Source of the DNA: an uncultured Eubacteriales bacterium
Lineage (GTDB): Bacteria; Bacillota; Clostridia; Oscillospirales; Oscillospiraceae
DNA: 64,000 bases
Assembly: GCA_900316255.1 (NCBI GenBank)
Contig: ONCI01000003.1
Coordinates: forward strand, 33,584 to 97,583
Direction of reading: 5' to 3'
Part shown: positions 7,954-18,653 of the stretch, one piece after another
Numbering within the stretch: the stretch's first letter is position 1
How the letters are laid out: each line of letters opens with the position of its first letter
Position numbers and translations under genes: made by a program
Notes under the pieces: model-generated
The model's input: the letters and a program-made list of their open reading frames with translations, nothing else
Databases searched by the model: none
What the model was told of the DNA's origin: nothing

Positions 7954-10278
7954 ATGAAGAACATACGAATGTGCAGTGTTCCGGACGAACAGGGCCCGAA
8001 CCGCCAGATGCTCCGCCGCGCGCTGCTGCTCATGGCAGTGTGCGGCGCAGCCGCGTTTGCCCTGCTGCTGGCAAAGCTTTGTCAGATCCAGCTTCTGGAG
8101 CACGATTTTTATGAGCAGCGCGCCCTGGAGCAGCAGCTGCGGGAGGCTCCGGGCTCCCCGCGCCGGGGCTCCATCACCGACGTCAAAGGACGGCTTCTCG
8201 CCGTCAGCGCCTCGGTGGACAATGTCTATCTCAGCCCTGCCGAGATCCGGCAGTACGGCGAGGACCGGGAGCTGATCGCCCGGGAACTGAGCCGGATCCT
8301 GGATCTGGACTATGGGGAGCTGCTGGAAAAGACGGGACAGACAGGCTCCTGGTATGTGACCGTTGCGCGGAAGGTGGAGCGGGAGACCGCCGATGCCGTC
8401 CGTGCCTTCAAGACCGCTCACGGCATCCGGGGCGTCCGCCTGGAGCCGGACACCAGACGCTATTATCCCAATGATTCCCTGGCCTGCCATCTGATCGGCT
8501 TTGTGGGCATGGACAATACCGGCCTGGAGGGCATCGAGGCGCAGTATGACAGCGCCCTGCGGGGCAGCGCCGGACGGAGCTTGCGCAGCACAAACGCTAT
8601 CGGGACAGAACTGCTGTTTGAAAGCTTTGAGGACTATGAGCCCGGGGAGGACGGCTGTGATGTGGTGCTCAGCCTGGACGCGGCGGTGCAGTTCCTGGTG
8701 GAAAAGCACCTGCGCCAGGCGGTGGAGGACTACGACATCCAGCACGGCGCCGGCGCCATCTGCATGGATGTGAACACCGGCGCGATCCTGGCCATGGCAT
8801 CTCTGGACGGCTATGACCTGAATCACTTTCTGGATGTGAGCGATGAGGTCCGGCAGCAGATGGCCGCGGCCGGAAGCGAGGAGGAAGCCCAGCAGATCCT
8901 GGACGCGGCCAGAGCCCGCCAGTGGCGCAACAAGGCCCTCTCCGATACCTATGAGCCCGGCTCCACCTTCAAGATCATCACCCTCTCCATGGCCCTGGAT
9001 GCGGGTGTGGTGGATTTGTCGAGCAGCTTCTACTGCGGCGGGAGCGTCAGCGTCAAGGGACGCACATCTCCCATCCGCTGCTGGAAGACCGAGGGGCACG
9101 GATCCCAGAACCTGACCCAGGCGGTACAGCACTCCTGCAACGCGGCCTTTGTGAACATCGGCCTCAGAATGGGGCCGGAGCGATTTTACGATTATTGCGA
9201 GGCCTTCGGCTTTCTGGAAAAGACCGGGGATCCGGAGGTAAACCTCAGTGCCAAAACCGGCATCGACCTTGCCGGGGAAAGCGGCAGCATCTGGTGGAGC
9301 GAGAATGTGTTCTGCTCGCCGCGCAATCAGTCCCAGCTGGCGGCGGCCTCCTTCGGCCAGACCTTTACCATCACGCCCCTGCAGCTTGTCACGGCGGTGA
9401 GTGCCTGCGTCAACGGCGGGCGGCTCATGCGGCCCTATGTGGTGCAGCGGATCCTGGATCCGGATGGGAGCGTGAAGTTTGAACATGAACCCGAGACGGT
9501 CCGCCAGGTCATCGCCCCGGAGACCAGCGAAAAGGTCCGTGCCATCCTGGAGCAGGTGGTGGGGGACAGCAAAGAGGGCACCGGCCGCAACGCCGCCGTG
9601 GCGGGCTACCGCATCGGCGGGAAGACCGGCACCAGCGAGAAGGTCAGCCTGGAGGCCAGCACCGGCAGGAAGGAATACATCGTCTCCTTCATCGGCTTCG
9701 CCCCGGCGGATGATCCGAAGATCGCCCTGCTGGTGTTTTTGGATACCCCCTCGGACCAATCCGGCATCTACATCAGCGGCGGCCAGATGGCAGCCCCTGT
9801 GGTAGGGAACATGCTGGCGGACATCCTTCCGTATCTGGGTGTGGAGCCTGAAAAGGCGGAGGAGAGCGACACCGCGGCCATGCCTCATCTGGAACAGCTG
9901 GAGCTTATTGAGGCTGCGGCCCGGCTGGAGGAAGCGGGGCTTCAGGCCCGAACCGTGGGGGAGGGGACCCTGGTGACAGGGCAGCTGCCCAAGGCCGGAC
10001 GACGCATCGCCAGGGGCAGCCAGGTCATCCTCTATCTGGGCGCAAAGCCTCCGGAGACGGAGCAGACGGTGCCAAATCTCTACGGTCTGCCCTATGAGCA
10101 GGCGAGAGCGCTATTGGCGCAGCAGGGACTCTTCCTGCGCAGCAGGAGCCCCCTTCTCAGCGGCGAAGAACAGTGTGTCGCCTACCAGAGCGCCCCGGCA
10201 GGGAGCAGCCTTCCCGCGGGCGATGTGATCACGGTGACATTGATCAGTACAGACGATTCAATTTTGGGACGTTATTGA
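7954..10278 (+). CDS. Class B penicillin-binding protein with two PASTA domains (FtsI/SpoVD/PBP2B type)
   Basis: 774 aa; N-terminal TM; SxxK (GSTFKI), SxN (HSCNAAF), KTG (GGKTGTSE); two C-terminal PASTA-like repeats. Confidence 0.9.
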   Translation: MKNIRMCSVPDEQGPNRQMLRRALLLMAVCGAAAFALLLAKLCQIQLLEHDFYEQRALEQQLREAPGSPRRGSITDVKGRLLAVSASVDNVYLSPAEIRQYGEDRELIARELSRILDLDYGELLEKTGQTGSWYVTVARKVERETADAVRAFKTAHGIRGVRLEPDTRRYYPNDSLACHLIGFVGMDNTGLEGIEAQYDSALRGSAGRSLRSTNAIGTELLFESFEDYEPGEDGCDVVLSLDAAVQFLVEKHLRQAVEDYDIQHGAGAICMDVNTGAILAMASLDGYDLNHFLDVSDEVRQQMAAAGSEEEAQQILDAARARQWRNKALSDTYEPGSTFKIITLSMALDAGVVDLSSSFYCGGSVSVKGRTSPIRCWKTEGHGSQNLTQAVQHSCNAAFVNIGLRMGPERFYDYCEAFGFLEKTGDPEVNLSAKTGIDLAGESGSIWWSENVFCSPRNQSQLAAASFGQTFTITPLQLVTAVSACVNGGRLMRPYVVQRILDPDGSVKFEHEPETVRQVIAPETSEKVRAILEQVVGDSKEGTGRNAAVAGYRIGGKTGTSEKVSLEASTGRKEYIVSFIGFAPADDPKIALLVFLDTPSDQSGIYISGGQMAAPVVGNMLADILPYLGVEPEKAEESDTAAMPHLEQLELIEAAARLEEAGLQARTVGEGTLVTGQLPKAGRRIARGSQVILYLGAKPPETEQTVPNLYGLPYEQARALLAQQGLFLRSRSPLLSGEEQCVAYQSAPAGSSLPAGDVITVTLISTDDSILGRY

Positions 10279-10288
10279 GGAACAATAT

Positions 10289-11737
10289 ATGAAACTGAGA
10301 GAGATCATACAGAATATACGGGTGCTGTCCATGACCGCGGATCCGGAGACGGAGATCGGCGGCATCAGCTACGATTCCCGCCGCACCCTGCCGGGAGACC
10401 TTTTCGTAGCGGTCCGCGGCTTTGAGGCCGACGGTCATCGCTTCATTCCCAAGGCTGTGGAAAATGGCGCCGCGGTCATCCTCTGTGAGGCGCCGCCCAC
10501 AGACGGCACGCCCTATGTGCAGACGGACGACTGCCGCCTGGGCCTTGCTCTCTGCAGCCGGGACTTTTTCGGGAACCCGGCCGCGGAGATGAAGATGGTG
10601 GGCATCACCGGCACCAGCGGCAAAACCAGCTCCTCCTATCTGCTCAAGCACCTGCTGGAGCGGGAGACGGACGCCAAAGTGGGTCTCATCGGCACCAACG
10701 GCAACTGGATCGGGGACGATTTTCTGCACACCGAGCACACTACGCCCGAGAGCTATGAGCTGCACAGGCTCTTCCGGCAGATGGCGGACGCGGGCTGCAC
10801 CCACGTGGTGATGGAGGTCTCCTCCCATTCCCTAACGCTGGAGCGGGTGGCCGGCATCACCTTCGATGTGGGCGTCTTTACGAACCTCAGCCAGGATCAT
10901 CTGGATTTCCACAAGGATATGGAGGACTATGCCGCCGCCAAACGCAAGCTCTTTTCCCAGTGCCGGGAGGGCTGGCTGAACGCCGACGACCCCTGGACGC
11001 CCTTTATGCTGGAGGGAGCCGAGTGCCCCTGCCGCACCTTCTCCGCCGAGCGAAACGACGCGGACCTGGTGGCCAAGGACGTGCGGCTCAGCGCCTCCGG
11101 CGTCCGCTTTGCCGCCATGTCCGGAGGTAAGCTCGCCATCACAAAGCTGGGCATCCCCGGAATGTTTTCGGTATACAATGCCCTGGCCGTCATGGCGGCG
11201 GGCCTGGGTCTGGGGATCTCCCTCGCGGACTGCGCCGAGGCCATGGAGAGCGCAAAGGGCGTGAAGGGCCGGATGGAGCTGGTGCCCTCAGACGGGGACT
11301 ATGCCATTTTGATCGACTATGCCCACAAGCCGGACGCCCTGGAGAAGGTGCTGAAGACCCTGCGTCCTGTGACCCGGGGACGGCTCATCGTCCTCTTCGG
11401 CTGCGGCGGGGACCGGGACCGGGGCAAGCGCCCCATCATGGGCCATATCGCGGCGGAGCTTGCGGACGTCTGCGTGGTCACCAGCGACAATCCGCGCACC
11501 GAGGAGCCCATGGCCATCATCGAGGAGATCCTCTCCGGCATGAAAAACAGCGCCACGGCGATCCAGGTGATCGAAGATCGGGAAAAGGCCATTGCCTGGG
11601 CTATTGACAAGGCGGGTCCCGGTGATGTAATATTGCTTGCCGGCAAAGGGCACGAGGATTATCAGGTGGTGGGCAAAGAGAAACACCACATGGACGAGCG
11701 TGAGATCGTCGCCTCCGTCCTTGCCGCCCGGAAATAG
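10289..11737 (+). CDS. murE: UDP-N-acetylmuramoyl-L-alanyl-D-glutamate--2,6-diaminopimelate ligase
   Basis: 482 aa; GITGTSGKTS P-loop, DYAHKPDALEKVL, GCGGDRDRGKRP, DNPRTE. Confidence 0.95.
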   Translation: MKLREIIQNIRVLSMTADPETEIGGISYDSRRTLPGDLFVAVRGFEADGHRFIPKAVENGAAVILCEAPPTDGTPYVQTDDCRLGLALCSRDFFGNPAAEMKMVGITGTSGKTSSSYLLKHLLERETDAKVGLIGTNGNWIGDDFLHTEHTTPESYELHRLFRQMADAGCTHVVMEVSSHSLTLERVAGITFDVGVFTNLSQDHLDFHKDMEDYAAAKRKLFSQCREGWLNADDPWTPFMLEGAECPCRTFSAERNDADLVAKDVRLSASGVRFAAMSGGKLAITKLGIPGMFSVYNALAVMAAGLGLGISLADCAEAMESAKGVKGRMELVPSDGDYAILIDYAHKPDALEKVLKTLRPVTRGRLIVLFGCGGDRDRGKRPIMGHIAAELADVCVVTSDNPRTEEPMAIIEEILSGMKNSATAIQVIEDREKAIAWAIDKAGPGDVILLAGKGHEDYQVVGKEKHHMDEREIVASVLAARK

Positions 11738-11757
11738 AGATTGAGGGGAGACCCGTT

Positions 11758-12768
11758 ATGACGATAAAGCTGATCTCGGCCTTTGTGCTGGCCTTTTGTT
11801 TTGCCACTGCTTTTGGCCGCTTTTACATTCCCTGGCTGCGGCGGCAGAAGGCAGGCCAGCAGATCAAGGAGATCGGGCCAACCTGGCATATGAACAAAAG
11901 CGGCACACCCACCATGGGCGGCGTCATGTTCATCCTGGCGGTGACCTTCGTCTGCCTGACGCTGGGCTTCGAGGGCATGCTCCACGGCAATTACGTGCAC
12001 ATCTTCGTTCTGCTCTTCGCCCTGGTCTACGGCGCCATCGGCTTTCTGGATGACTGGGAAAAGATCCGCAAGAAGCAGAATCTGGGCCTGAGCGCCAGGA
12101 TGAAATTCCTGCTTCAGCTGGCGGCGGCTCTGGTCTTTGTGCTGCTCGTCCGGCAGACCGGATATCTGAAGACCCAGCTTTTCATTCCCTTCTGGCACGT
12201 CACGGTCCATGTGCCGGATTGGCTGTATTTCATCTTTGCCGCCTTTGTCATCGTGGGCACGGTCAACGCCGTGAATCTCACCGACGGGCTTGACGGGCTG
12301 GCCTCCGGCACTTCCATGCCGGTGTGCCTGTTCTTTGTCGCCGTGACCTTTGCCTGGGGCGAGCGCTTCCTGGAACTGGGGCTCTTTGCCTCTGGTCTGG
12401 CCGGCGGCCTGCTGGGCTTTCTGGTCTACAATTTCCATCCCGCCAAGGTCTTCATGGGCGACACCGGCTCTCTCTTCCTGGGCGGCGCCATCGCGGCCCT
12501 GGCCTTTGCCTATGACATGCCGCTGATTCTGGTGACCCTGGGCATCGTCTATATCATTGAGACCCTTTCGGACATCATTCAGGTGGGCTATTTCAAGCTG
12601 AGCCACGGCAAGCGGGTGTTCCGCATGGCACCTTTCCATCACCATCTGGAGATGGGCGGCTGGACGGGAAAAAAGTGGAAAGAGGTTGAGATTTTTGCTC
12701 TCTTTTCCGGCATATCCCTGCTGTTTGCCATCATATCCTTTATAGGAGTGTTTCATCGCGCCTTTTAA
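11758..12768 (+). CDS. mraY: Phospho-N-acetylmuramoyl-pentapeptide transferase
   Basis: 336 aa polytopic; NAVNLTDGLDGLA and MGDTGSLFLGG motifs. Confidence 0.95.
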   Translation: MTIKLISAFVLAFCFATAFGRFYIPWLRRQKAGQQIKEIGPTWHMNKSGTPTMGGVMFILAVTFVCLTLGFEGMLHGNYVHIFVLLFALVYGAIGFLDDWEKIRKKQNLGLSARMKFLLQLAAALVFVLLVRQTGYLKTQLFIPFWHVTVHVPDWLYFIFAAFVIVGTVNAVNLTDGLDGLASGTSMPVCLFFVAVTFAWGERFLELGLFASGLAGGLLGFLVYNFHPAKVFMGDTGSLFLGGAIAALAFAYDMPLILVTLGIVYIIETLSDIIQVGYFKLSHGKRVFRMAPFHHHLEMGGWTGKKWKEVEIFALFSGISLLFAIISFIGVFHRAF

Positions 12769-12798
12769 AGGAATGGTACGAGCCGGGGAGGTGGATGT

Positions 12799-13953
12799 AT
12801 GCGTTATGACAGCACCCGCCTCACCGGCTCTTCTCCTGTTGCTGTGAAGACACGGCGGGAGCAAATGGACGGGGGATTCCTTATGCTGGTCCTGGCGCTG
12901 CTCTTCATGGGCCTCATCCTGGTGCTCTCCTCCAGTTATCCCCGGGCTTATTATGACCCGGGCAAGGTGACGGGAGGGAAGGCCCTGTATTATTTTCTGC
13001 GCCAGCTGGTCTTTGCCCTGCTTGGCACCGGGCTTATGCTGCTGCTGAGCCGGGTGCCCATGCGCTTTTATCACCGCTGTGCGTATCCTTTTCTGGCCAT
13101 GACCCTGGTGCTGCTGGTTCTGGTGCCCCTCGTCGGGGTCAAGGCCAACGGCTCCCGCCGTTGGCTGGGAGTGGGGAGCCTCACGGTCCAGCCCTCGGAG
13201 CTTGCCAAGCTCGCGGTGATCCTGTGCTTTTCCGCTATGATCTGCAGCTTCCGGGAGAAGATGCGCACGTTTCGCTGGGGCATTCTGCCGTTTCTGGGCA
13301 TTCTGGGCGTCATTGTGGGCCTGCTCGTTCTGGAACCCCACTTCTCTGCCTCCATCATCATCCTGACCATTGGCGGAAGCATGATGTTTCTGGGCGGCGT
13401 TCGGCTCTTCTGGTTTATAGGAGCCCTGGGTGCCGCCGGAGCGGGACTTGCCGTGCTTCTGACCTTCTTTCCCTATGCTTCCACGCGCATCAGCACCTGG
13501 TTGGACCCCTTTTCCAGTCCCTCCGCGGAGGGCTACCAGATCGTCCAGAGCCTCTATGCCATCGGCTCCGGCGGGCTCAGCGGTCTGGGACTGGGAGCGG
13601 GAAGGCAGAAGTACCTGTTCCTGCCCGAGGAACACAACGATTTTATCTTTTCCGTGGCCTGCGAGGAGCTGGGCTTTCTCGGGGCCGCTCTGATCCTGAT
13701 TTTGTTTGCGCTGCTGATCCTGCGGGGCTACCGCATCGCGCTGAACTGCCGCAGCCGTTTTTCCTTCCTGGTCTGCGCCGGGATCACCACCCTGCTGGCG
13801 CTGCAGGTTTTCCTGAACGTTGCGGTGGTGACCAATCTCCTGCCCTGTACCGGCATCTCCCTGCCTTTTTTCAGCTACGGCGGCACCGCGCTGCTCATCC
13901 AGCTGGGGGAGATGGGCATCGTCCTCAGCGCTTCGAGAGAGAATATGAATTGA
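12799..13953 (+). CDS. ftsW: SEDS-family peptidoglycan glycosyltransferase FtsW/SpoVE
   Basis: 384 aa polytopic; QPSELAKL, PEEHNDFIFS, LPFFSYGGTA. Confidence 0.9.
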   Translation: MRYDSTRLTGSSPVAVKTRREQMDGGFLMLVLALLFMGLILVLSSSYPRAYYDPGKVTGGKALYYFLRQLVFALLGTGLMLLLSRVPMRFYHRCAYPFLAMTLVLLVLVPLVGVKANGSRRWLGVGSLTVQPSELAKLAVILCFSAMICSFREKMRTFRWGILPFLGILGVIVGLLVLEPHFSASIIILTIGGSMMFLGGVRLFWFIGALGAAGAGLAVLLTFFPYASTRISTWLDPFSSPSAEGYQIVQSLYAIGSGGLSGLGLGAGRQKYLFLPEEHNDFIFSVACEELGFLGAALILILFALLILRGYRIALNCRSRFSFLVCAGITTLLALQVFLNVAVVTNLLPCTGISLPFFSYGGTALLIQLGEMGIVLSASRENMN

Positions 13954-13963
13954 GGAGCACGAC

Positions 13964-15091
13964 ATGAAATTTGTACTGACCTGCGGCGGCACCGCCGGAC
14001 ATGTGAATCCCGCCCTGGCGGTGGCCGGACGGCTGCGGGAGCTGATGCCGGAGAGTGAATTTCTGTTCCTGGGTGCCGAGGGCAAGATGGAAATGGATCT
14101 GGTGCCTCGGGCTGGCTACGAGATCCGGGGCCTTAAAATCACCAATATCGCCCGGGGTCGTTCCCTTTCCGCCCTGATGCACAATCTGGACACGGCCAGA
14201 AACGTCATCGCCTCGGAGCATGAGGCCCGCGCTATCCTGAAAGAATTCCGGCCCGATGCGGTCATCGGCACGGGGGGCTATGTGTGCTTTCCGGTGCTGG
14301 ACGCCGCCTCCCGGCTCCATATCCCCACCCTGGTCCATGAGAGCAACGCGCTGCCCGGTCTCACCACCCGGATGCTGGCGGACAAAGTGGACGCCATCCT
14401 GGTGGGCTTTGAGGAGAGCCGAAAGCACTATCGGGAGCCGGGCAAGGTCAGCGTCACCGGCACGCCGGTGCGCGGGGAGTTTTCCCGCTATACCCGGGAG
14501 AGCGCCCGGAAAGAGCTGGGCCTTGACCCGGAGGAGCCGCTGGTTGTCTCCGTCTGGGGCTCCCTGGGCTCCGGCCATATGAACGGCATCCTCACCGAAA
14601 TGCTGCCCTTGATGCAGGGTCAGCAGCGTTTTCATATGATCCATTCCGTGGGCAGCCGGGATTATCGGGAATTTCAGCAGAGCCTGGCAGAGCGGAAGCT
14701 TGACCCGGCAGAATGCCGGGTGGACGCCCGGGAGTATATTTTCGACATGCCCCGGGTCATGGCCGCGGCGGACCTGATCCTCTGCCGGGCCGGGGCCTCC
14801 ACCCTGGCGGAGCTGACCTACATGGGAAAACCGGTGCTCATCGTGCCCTCTCCCAACGTGACGGACAATCACCAGGAGAAGAACGCCCGGGTCCTGGAGA
14901 AGGCCGGCGGCGCCAAGGTCTTCCTGGAAGGGGAGTTCGACGCGAAGTCGCTTCTCGAGGAGATCGATCGCCTGCTGCGGAACCCCTCGGAGCTGGAGAG
15001 TATGTCCAAAGCCATGGCCTCCCTCTCCGTCCCCGACGCCACCGATAAGATCGTGGACAAGGTGCTGAATTTAGTGAATAAAGAATCGTGA
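13964..15091 (+). CDS. murG: UDP-N-acetylglucosamine--N-acetylmuramyl-(pentapeptide) pyrophosphoryl-undecaprenol GlcNAc transferase
   Basis: 375 aa; CGGTAGHVNPALAV N-terminus, GASTLAELTYMGKPVLIVP C-terminal motif. Confidence 0.95.
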   Translation: MKFVLTCGGTAGHVNPALAVAGRLRELMPESEFLFLGAEGKMEMDLVPRAGYEIRGLKITNIARGRSLSALMHNLDTARNVIASEHEARAILKEFRPDAVIGTGGYVCFPVLDAASRLHIPTLVHESNALPGLTTRMLADKVDAILVGFEESRKHYREPGKVSVTGTPVRGEFSRYTRESARKELGLDPEEPLVVSVWGSLGSGHMNGILTEMLPLMQGQQRFHMIHSVGSRDYREFQQSLAERKLDPAECRVDAREYIFDMPRVMAAADLILCRAGASTLAELTYMGKPVLIVPSPNVTDNHQEKNARVLEKAGGAKVFLEGEFDAKSLLEEIDRLLRNPSELESMSKAMASLSVPDATDKIVDKVLNLVNKES

Positions 15092-15101
15092 ATCGTTACC
15101 A

Positions 15102-15175
15102 TGTCCTGTTTCGCGGGACGGATTACAATCTGTCGCCAAAAGCGACACCGTATCTTTTCACTCTTCGCTTTTCAC
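15102..15175 (-). repeat. Dispersed element, copy B (inverted hairpin module plus heptanucleotide array)
   Basis: Reverse complement of 15102-15146 aligns with 4345-4389; 15154-15174 (cttttcactcttcgcttttca) is the reverse complement of a 21-mer differing at 1 position from 24768-24788. Confidence 0.6.
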
Positions 15176-15183
15176 GCAAATCC

Positions 15184-15230
15184 CCCTTCGTGCATAGAAT
15201 GGCCTGATTCTGTGCACGGGGGGTATTTTT
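15184..15230 (+). terminator. Terminator/attenuator-like hairpin abutting the murA start codon
   Basis: 17 pairs incl. 3 G-U: 15184-15200 with 15207-15223, loop GGCCTG, then TATTTTT (15224-15230) and ATG 15231; the G-run in the 3' arm is the only SD-like sequence for murA. Confidence 0.55.
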
Positions 15231-16505
15231 ATGGACTTGTGGCGGATCCGCGGGAGAAGGAGACTGGAAGGCGAGTGCAGGGCCCAGGGCTCGAAAAACG
15301 CGGCGCTTCCGATCCTTGCGGCAAGTCTGCTCTGCCCCGGCACGGTGGAGCTGCGCCGGGTGCCAAGCCTTCTGGATGTGGACGCCGCGCTGCAGATCCT
15401 GCGTCAACTGGGCTGCCGCGTCCTGCAGCAGGGGGACCGGGTGTACATAAATGCTTCCCAAGTCTCCGGCAGCGCCATTCCCCGGAACCTGATGGAGCGC
15501 ATGCGCTCCTCTGTCTTCTTCCTGGGTGCACTGCTGGCCAGGACCGGCCAGGCGGCCCTCAGTCTTCCCGGCGGCTGCAAGCTGGGCAAACGGCCCATCG
15601 ACCTGCATCTGAAGGCCCTGAGGGAGCTTGGCGCGGAGATCCAGGAGGAGGGGGAGCAGATCTTCTGCCGGACTTCCGGCCTTGCGGGGCGGGAGATCCG
15701 TCTGCCCTTTCCCAGCGTGGGCGCGACGGAGAATATCCTGATGGCCGCCTGTGCAGCCCGGGGAGAGACGCTGATCCGCGGCGCCGCCCGGGAGCCGGAG
15801 ATCCAGGCCCTGCAGGACTTCCTCCGCTGCTTGGGGGCCGAGGTCCGCGGCGCGGGCAGCGATACCATACGTGTTTCCGCTTTTCATCCCAGATCCTCCC
15901 TTTGCTTTACGCTGCCTCCGGATCGGATCGCCTCGGCGACCCTCTGCTGCGCCTGCGCCGCCTGCGGGGGAGATTTGTGGCTGAAAGATTGCGACAGCAC
16001 GCATTTTTCTACCGTTCTCTACTTCCTAAATCAGGCAGGCTGTGATATAATACGGAATACTGACGGTCTGCGCCTGCGCTCGGGGGGAAAACTCCGGGCG
16101 GTGGGGCCGGTGGTCACCGCGCCCTATCCCGGCTTTCCCACCGATGCCCAGCCGCTGCTGATGGCGGCGCTGCTGCGGGCGGAAGGGGAGAGCCTTTTCC
16201 GGGAGACCATCTTTGAAAACCGTTACCGCCAGGTGCCGGAGCTTCGGAAGCTGGGCGCCCGGATCCGGCTGGAGGACAGAGAAGCCGGAGTCCTCGGCGT
16301 GAGCAGCCTTCACGCCGCGGAGCTGGAAGCAACTGACCTGCGGGGCGGCGCCGCCATGGTGCTGGCAGGCCTCTGTGCCGAGGGGGAGACCCTGCTGCGG
16401 GACAGCGGACACATTCGCCGCGGCTATGAGGACCTGAGCGGCTGCCTGCAGCTTCTGGGGGCGGACTTATCATACGAAGGAGAAAAGCATGGCGTTTTCG
16501 TTTAA
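15231..16505 (+). CDS. murA: UDP-N-acetylglucosamine 1-carboxyvinyltransferase
   Basis: 424 aa; MDLWRIRG...GSKNAALPILAASLL; catalytic Cys loop LPGGCKLGKRPIDLH. Confidence 0.9.
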   Translation: MDLWRIRGRRRLEGECRAQGSKNAALPILAASLLCPGTVELRRVPSLLDVDAALQILRQLGCRVLQQGDRVYINASQVSGSAIPRNLMERMRSSVFFLGALLARTGQAALSLPGGCKLGKRPIDLHLKALRELGAEIQEEGEQIFCRTSGLAGREIRLPFPSVGATENILMAACAARGETLIRGAAREPEIQALQDFLRCLGAEVRGAGSDTIRVSAFHPRSSLCFTLPPDRIASATLCCACAACGGDLWLKDCDSTHFSTVLYFLNQAGCDIIRNTDGLRLRSGGKLRAVGPVVTAPYPGFPTDAQPLLMAALLRAEGESLFRETIFENRYRQVPELRKLGARIRLEDREAGVLGVSSLHAAELEATDLRGGAAMVLAGLCAEGETLLRDSGHIRRGYEDLSGCLQLLGADLSYEGEKHGVFV

Positions 16506-17268
16506 AGGGATCAAGGTCCCGGAGGAGGAACTCAGCGGCTATATGCGGGCACGCCGCCGGGCATTCAGCGGTCCGCTGATGTTCGTGGTGGTGGTCGTGG
16601 CGGCCATCTTTGTGATGAGCGTTTTCTTCCGGGTCGAGGATATCCGGGTGGTGGGAAACCAGCACTATACCGCGGAGGAGATCATTCGCGCCGTCGATAT
16701 CGAAGAGGGCGACAACCTCTTTTTCTTTGACCGTTTTGCCGCCGTGGGCAGGGCCTTTTCCAAGCTTCCCTATATCGAAGCCGTAACGGTGGAGCGAAGC
16801 CTCCCCAACAAGGTCGTCATCACCGTGGAGGAGACCACGGCACTGGCCTATCTGCCCCTGGGCGAAGAGAAGTGGACCCTGGACCATAACTGCAAGGTCC
16901 TGGGCAAGGCTGCCGAGGGGGAGGAGGAGAGCCTGCTTCCCGTAGTGGGCATGAAGGCCGGTACCCTCATGATCGGCGAGACCATGGAGACCGAGAGCGG
17001 CGAGACCGAATCGGTCGCCTATCTGGCTGAGGTGCTGGACCAGATCGAGGCCCGGGGCATGACCGACATGGTCACCCGCATCGATTTTTCTAACACCGAC
17101 AGCCCGGAATTTGACTATGGCGGCAAGTATACCGTGGTGCTGGGCAAGCACGACAAGGTAGAATACAAGTTCGGCATGTTTGTAACGGTTCTGGGGATGC
17201 TGAAGGATGGCGACGTGGGCGTTATCGACGTTTCCAACGGCACTAAGGCCCATTTCAGCCCCAACTGA
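16489..17268 (+). CDS. ftsQ: Cell division protein FtsQ/DivIB
   Basis: 259 aa; TM helix LMFVVVVVAAIFVMSVFF then POTRA-like RVEDIRVVGNQHYTAEEI; position before ftsZ. Confidence 0.75.
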   Translation: MAFSFKGIKVPEEELSGYMRARRRAFSGPLMFVVVVVAAIFVMSVFFRVEDIRVVGNQHYTAEEIIRAVDIEEGDNLFFFDRFAAVGRAFSKLPYIEAVTVERSLPNKVVITVEETTALAYLPLGEEKWTLDHNCKVLGKAAEGEEESLLPVVGMKAGTLMIGETMETESGETESVAYLAEVLDQIEARGMTDMVTRIDFSNTDSPEFDYGGKYTVVLGKHDKVEYKFGMFVTVLGMLKDGDVGVIDVSNGTKAHFSPN

Positions 17269-17311
17269 GCCTCTCAAGTGACAAAACGCTTACAAAAAAA
17301 TAAAAAATCTA

Positions 17312-17340
17312 TTGACCATGGCGTAAAAATGGTTTAAGAT
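17312..17340 (+). promoter_or_regulatory. Candidate promoter for ftsZ
   Basis: TTGACC (17312-17317) - 17 nt - TAAGAT (17335-17340) in an A-rich spacer. Confidence 0.45.
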
Positions 17341-17354
17341 AGTCAGGAGCAATT

Positions 17355-18581
<1,227 letters not shown>

Positions 18582-18601
18582 GCCGGGCTTCCGCCCGATA
18601 G

Positions 18602-18639
18602 AAAACAGAAAGCTCCCTTCCAAGGGAGCTTTCTGTTTT
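18602..18639 (+). terminator. Intrinsic terminator after ftsZ
   Basis: AAAACAGAAAGCTCCCTT / AAGGGAGCTTTCTGTTTT inverted repeat ending in T4. Confidence 0.7.
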
Positions 18640-18653
18640 GGAAGGAGTCCATC

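Noticed and set aside
7906-9888. 660-aa minus-strand ORF opposite the PBP gene
   Set aside because: The PBP frame carries the SxxK/SxN/KTG motifs. The antisense frame has none.
11662-14085. 807-aa minus-strand ORF opposite mraY/ftsW
   Set aside because: Its composition is Q/G/H/A/P/R-rich with no motifs. It overlaps two well-supported membrane protein genes. Shadow ORF.
15101-16045. 314-aa plus-strand ORF overlapping murA in another frame
   Set aside because: It is Pro/Gly/Arg-rich. It begins inside the intergenic repeat element. murA in the other frame has the conserved N-terminus and the catalytic Cys loop.
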